25,881 nucleotides of DNA from a virus (Duplodnaviria > Caudoviricetes). Shown here piece after piece: positions 23,484 to 25,881 of this stretch. A program made the position numbers and the translations under genes. Location: positions 1-25,881 of the IMG/VR virus record IMGVR_UViG_3300047279_000049, one strand, 5' to 3'. Every line of letters starts with the position of its first letter. The first letter of the stretch is position 1. Under the pieces are notes generated by a model. It was not told the DNA's origin. It did not search any database and saw only the letters and a list, made by a program, of their open reading frames with translations.

Positions 23484-24329
23484 TTAGAGAATGCTTGAAT
23501 CAGCAGTTACTTTAACACCGTAACCGTCATACAATTCGCCTACACCATAGTGCATGGAAGCAACAATGTCAGTACCCAAGAAACTTGCACGGCGTTGTGT
23601 TTCAATGTTGATGTCACCAACCATGGCCAAGCCAAGTGCTTCGCGGTGGAATACACCACCAACATAGTCACCAGCTGTACCGTTGTTGGCAATCAAGTTG
23701 CTTTCGTAGACTGGGATTCCGAACAATGTACCGATATAACCAGTTGACATTGCTTCGTTCTGGATCAAACCAGCATTTGGGTTAGCAAATGTGTTAGTGA
23801 TAGCAGACTTCAAGTCATAAGCAACATATGGGTTGATAACACATGCCAAGTCTTGAACTGGAACACCAGCGGCACGCAATTTAGCGGCTGCTTGAGCGAT
23901 AGTAGCGGCGCTCAATGCTGTAGTAGCATCGCCAGCACCAACTGAGAAACTACTGAACAATGCTAACAAATCTGTGTCAACCTTGCGAGCAATAGCTTCA
24001 CCAAACAAGCGACCTAAATCAGCAACAACATTGCTGGCGCTTGATGCAACTGCCAAGTCAGTAACCAATGTACGGATAGCGGCTGTTGTAACTGTCAATG
24101 TAGCACCGTCTGTGCTAACTGCTGTGTTACCAACTTCGTCACCTTCAGTAACTGCGGCTGCAGACTGTAGTGGGTAAATTGGTACTGTGATTGTTTTGCC
24201 TTGACCTGGAGCCAATGCAAAGTTTTTAACTAGGCCGCGCATAATAGAACGCTCGCCTGCAACGAACATAGCTTCAGCAGTGATTGCTGGTAGTAAGTCG
24301 TTTAATGTGGTTGTTGTTGAACCTGCCAT
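23484..24329 (-). CDS. Major capsid protein (HK97 fold)
   Basis: 281 aa after the scaffold gene; GKTITVP, GEAIARKVDTDLL, GYIGTLFGIPVYESN, IETQR, YGVGEL. Confidence 0.92.
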   Translation of the reverse strand: MAGSTTTTLNDLLPAITAEAMFVAGERSIMRGLVKNFALAPGQGKTITVPIYPLQSAAAVTEGDEVGNTAVSTDGATLTVTTAAIRTLVTDLAVASSASNVVADLGRLFGEAIARKVDTDLLALFSSFSVGAGDATTALSAATIAQAAAKLRAAGVPVQDLACVINPYVAYDLKSAITNTFANPNAGLIQNEAMSTGYIGTLFGIPVYESNLIANNGTAGDYVGGVFHREALGLAMVGDINIETQRRASFLGTDIVASMHYGVGELYDGYGVKVTADSSIL

Positions 24330-24346
24330 GATAATATTCCTTTATT

Positions 24347-25033
24347 TTATCTAAATCCCGCTGTCTTACGATATTCGGCGTAGACTTTGCGGTGCTCTGG
24401 ATTTTTCATATCCAAAGAACTGATGTCAATTTTTGTGATCTTGGCCTCTTGGCCCTGACCTGGTCTTGCACCTGAACCTGCTGGACTTGCTGCCACAAAG
24501 AAAGAATTCTCTTTTAAGAACTCATCAACCAGGTCACCAATGCCTAAAGGCTGTGCCTTATTAGCATCATAACGAACCTGGCCATTAGAATCAACTACTT
24601 CCACGCTACCATCAGCACCTAACTTTAGGTTGTTGCGTAATAGTGCGGCTACTTTGTCTGGTGCTACTGCCTTGCGAGCTGATGCTTCAGCAATTAGTGC
24701 CCCATCAATCTTAATTGTTTCTAACTCTCGTGTAAGCGCAGAAATCCTTTGTTCTGACGCTGACTTAACCTGCCCCAATACTTTATCAAACTCTTGACGC
24801 TTTAGTGCTTGTTCAGTTTCCTGTTGCTCTCTAATGCTCTTGAGTTGCTGGTATTCATTTACATCAATACCTTGATATTTCTTTTCAACTTGGCTAAGTC
24901 TTTTAGTGATGATTGCATTTACTTCTTCTTGAGTAAATGTTTTCTCACTGCCTGAGTTTTGTGTTGTTGCAGTAGAATTTTGGTTTTGGCTCTCAGTAGC
25001 CTGGCCTTCTACATTACCTGTTGTTTGGTCCAC
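24347..25033 (-). CDS. Capsid scaffolding protein
   Basis: Polar N-terminus, KTFTQEEVNAII.KRL motif, coiled coil; between portal and MCP. GTG start with AGGAG SD. Confidence 0.88.
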   Translation of the reverse strand: MDQTTGNVEGQATESQNQNSTATTQNSGSEKTFTQEEVNAIITKRLSQVEKKYQGIDVNEYQQLKSIREQQETEQALKRQEFDKVLGQVKSASEQRISALTRELETIKIDGALIAEASARKAVAPDKVAALLRNNLKLGADGSVEVVDSNGQVRYDANKAQPLGIGDLVDEFLKENSFFVAASPAGSGARPGQGQEAKITKIDISSLDMKNPEHRKVYAEYRKTAGFR

Positions 25034-25075
25034 AGTAGACGCTCCTATTTTTTATGAGGTAGTCCTCAGTGTGTT

Positions 25076-25081
25076 TATTTA
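25076..25081 (-). promoter_or_regulatory. TAAATA box (CTAAATA)
   Basis: In the portal-scaffold gap, about 43 nt upstream of the scaffold start. Confidence 0.6.
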
Positions 25082-25099
25082 GTCAATAAAAGAGCCAGA

Positions 25100-25881
25100 T
25101 TACTCTGTGCCCTCTACAGCATGACGCACTTCATCTAAAGCACTTGCACTTACTTCTGGGTGCATTGCTAAGATTTCTGCGGCAGTATATCCTTCACGGA
25201 TCATTTGTTCTACATGCATCAAGTACTGTTCTGGTTCCTCACCAGCACTAGGATGTGTTTCACCTGGAGTCATAGCACCACGGCCCTCTCCATCTGGATC
25301 TACACTTACTACAATGCTTTGTTGGATTGCTTCAATGGTTTCATCATCTTCTAAAGTGATTTCAACAATGGCTTTCTTCGCTTCTGCTTGGTACAATGGA
25401 TTGTCAACCAGGCTCAAACCTTGCGCTAATTGTGCTAGGTCTCGTGCTTTGTCACGAATAGAGAACGAAGTTTCGTAACGGACTTCAAAGTCTTCACTAG
25501 GTTCAATGCCCTGCCATGCAAAGAATAGGTCCCAAATCTTGTATTCTATCTTTTCTAGTGTTGCGGCCTTGTCAGCAAGACGGGCATTAAGCACTAAAAA
25601 GTCTGCTTCTGTAGCAACACCACTTTGTGTTTTCTCACCACGAACTGCTGTCAAGTGTGTCATACGGTCAATGGCTGTTTTGTGGTAGTCAATTGCATCA
25701 AGAATACTGCTTACTGTAGCACCACTTGGTTGTAGCAAATAAGGCTTTAAATCACCTGGCAAGTTCTCAGGCATGTTGATAATGGCACCACTTCCGCCTG
25801 CGGCTTGTGTGTCCGCTGTCTTAACTAAACTAGGCGAACTTGAAATGCGAATGTTCTGCTCCAGTTCACTTGTGAGGTTAT
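25100..25881 (-). CDS. Portal protein, partial (5' end outside window)
   Basis: The frame is open from the right edge (NLTSELEQNIRISSSPSLVKTADTQAAGGSGAIINMPENLPG...). SGVA...F..LNARL.DKA..LE..E motif; upstream of scaffold. Confidence 0.85.
   Translation of the reverse strand, partial: NLTSELEQNIRISSSPSLVKTADTQAAGGSGAIINMPENLPGDLKPYLLQPSGATVSSILDAIDYHKTAIDRMTHLTAVRGEKTQSGVATEADFLVLNARLADKAATLEKIEYKIWDLFFAWQGIEPSEDFEVRYETSFSIRDKARDLAQLAQGLSLVDNPLYQAEAKKAIVEITLEDDETIEAIQQSIVVSVDPDGEGRGAMTPGETHPSAGEEPEQYLMHVEQMIREGYTAAEILAMHPEVSASALDEVRHAVEGTE

Noticed and set aside
23478-23486. Capsid readthrough or frameshift extension
   Set aside because: The capsid gene ends in three consecutive stops (TAA TAG TGA) with no slippery site.
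1041-25081. TAAATA boxes as archaeal TATA boxes
   Set aside because: Early genes have clear bacterial -35/17 bp/-10 promoters and intrinsic terminators. The boxes are mostly too close to start codons (17-22 nt) for a TATA at about -26.

Overview
A 25.9-kb piece of a tailed (siphovirus-like) bacteriophage genome. Every credible protein gene is on the minus strand. From the right edge leftwards: partial portal, scaffold, major capsid, head-tail adaptor, tail terminator, two paralogous tail-tube genes, HK97-gp10-like protein, tail chaperone with a GGGAAAC -1 frameshift, tape measure, a 1152-aa extended distal-tail protein, hub, NlpC/P60, a central tail-tip protein split into two in-frame genes, and an HTH protein. 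An early block follows, driven by near-consensus sigma70 promoters. It holds a compact PolA/T7-RNAP-superfamily (TV-Pol-like) polymerase next to CATCACTATAG repeats, two paralogous AAA+ ATPases each followed by nuclease-less NUMOD-type DNA-binding proteins, and hypotheticals. A second late block (HExxH protein, membrane protein, Ig-like virion protein, tail fibre) runs off the left edge. Two unexplained signals stand out. (1) A T4-late-promoter-like TAAATA box recurs just upstream of late genes, with no sigma factor in the window. (2) Up to three structured intergenic RNAs begin just after such a box; in two of them the hairpin loops are complementary to Shine-Dalgarno or AUG regions. Together these suggest a phage that plugs into, and may interfere with, the late transcription programme of a larger T4-like phage. 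All protein calls rest on motif recognition and synteny, not database searches.
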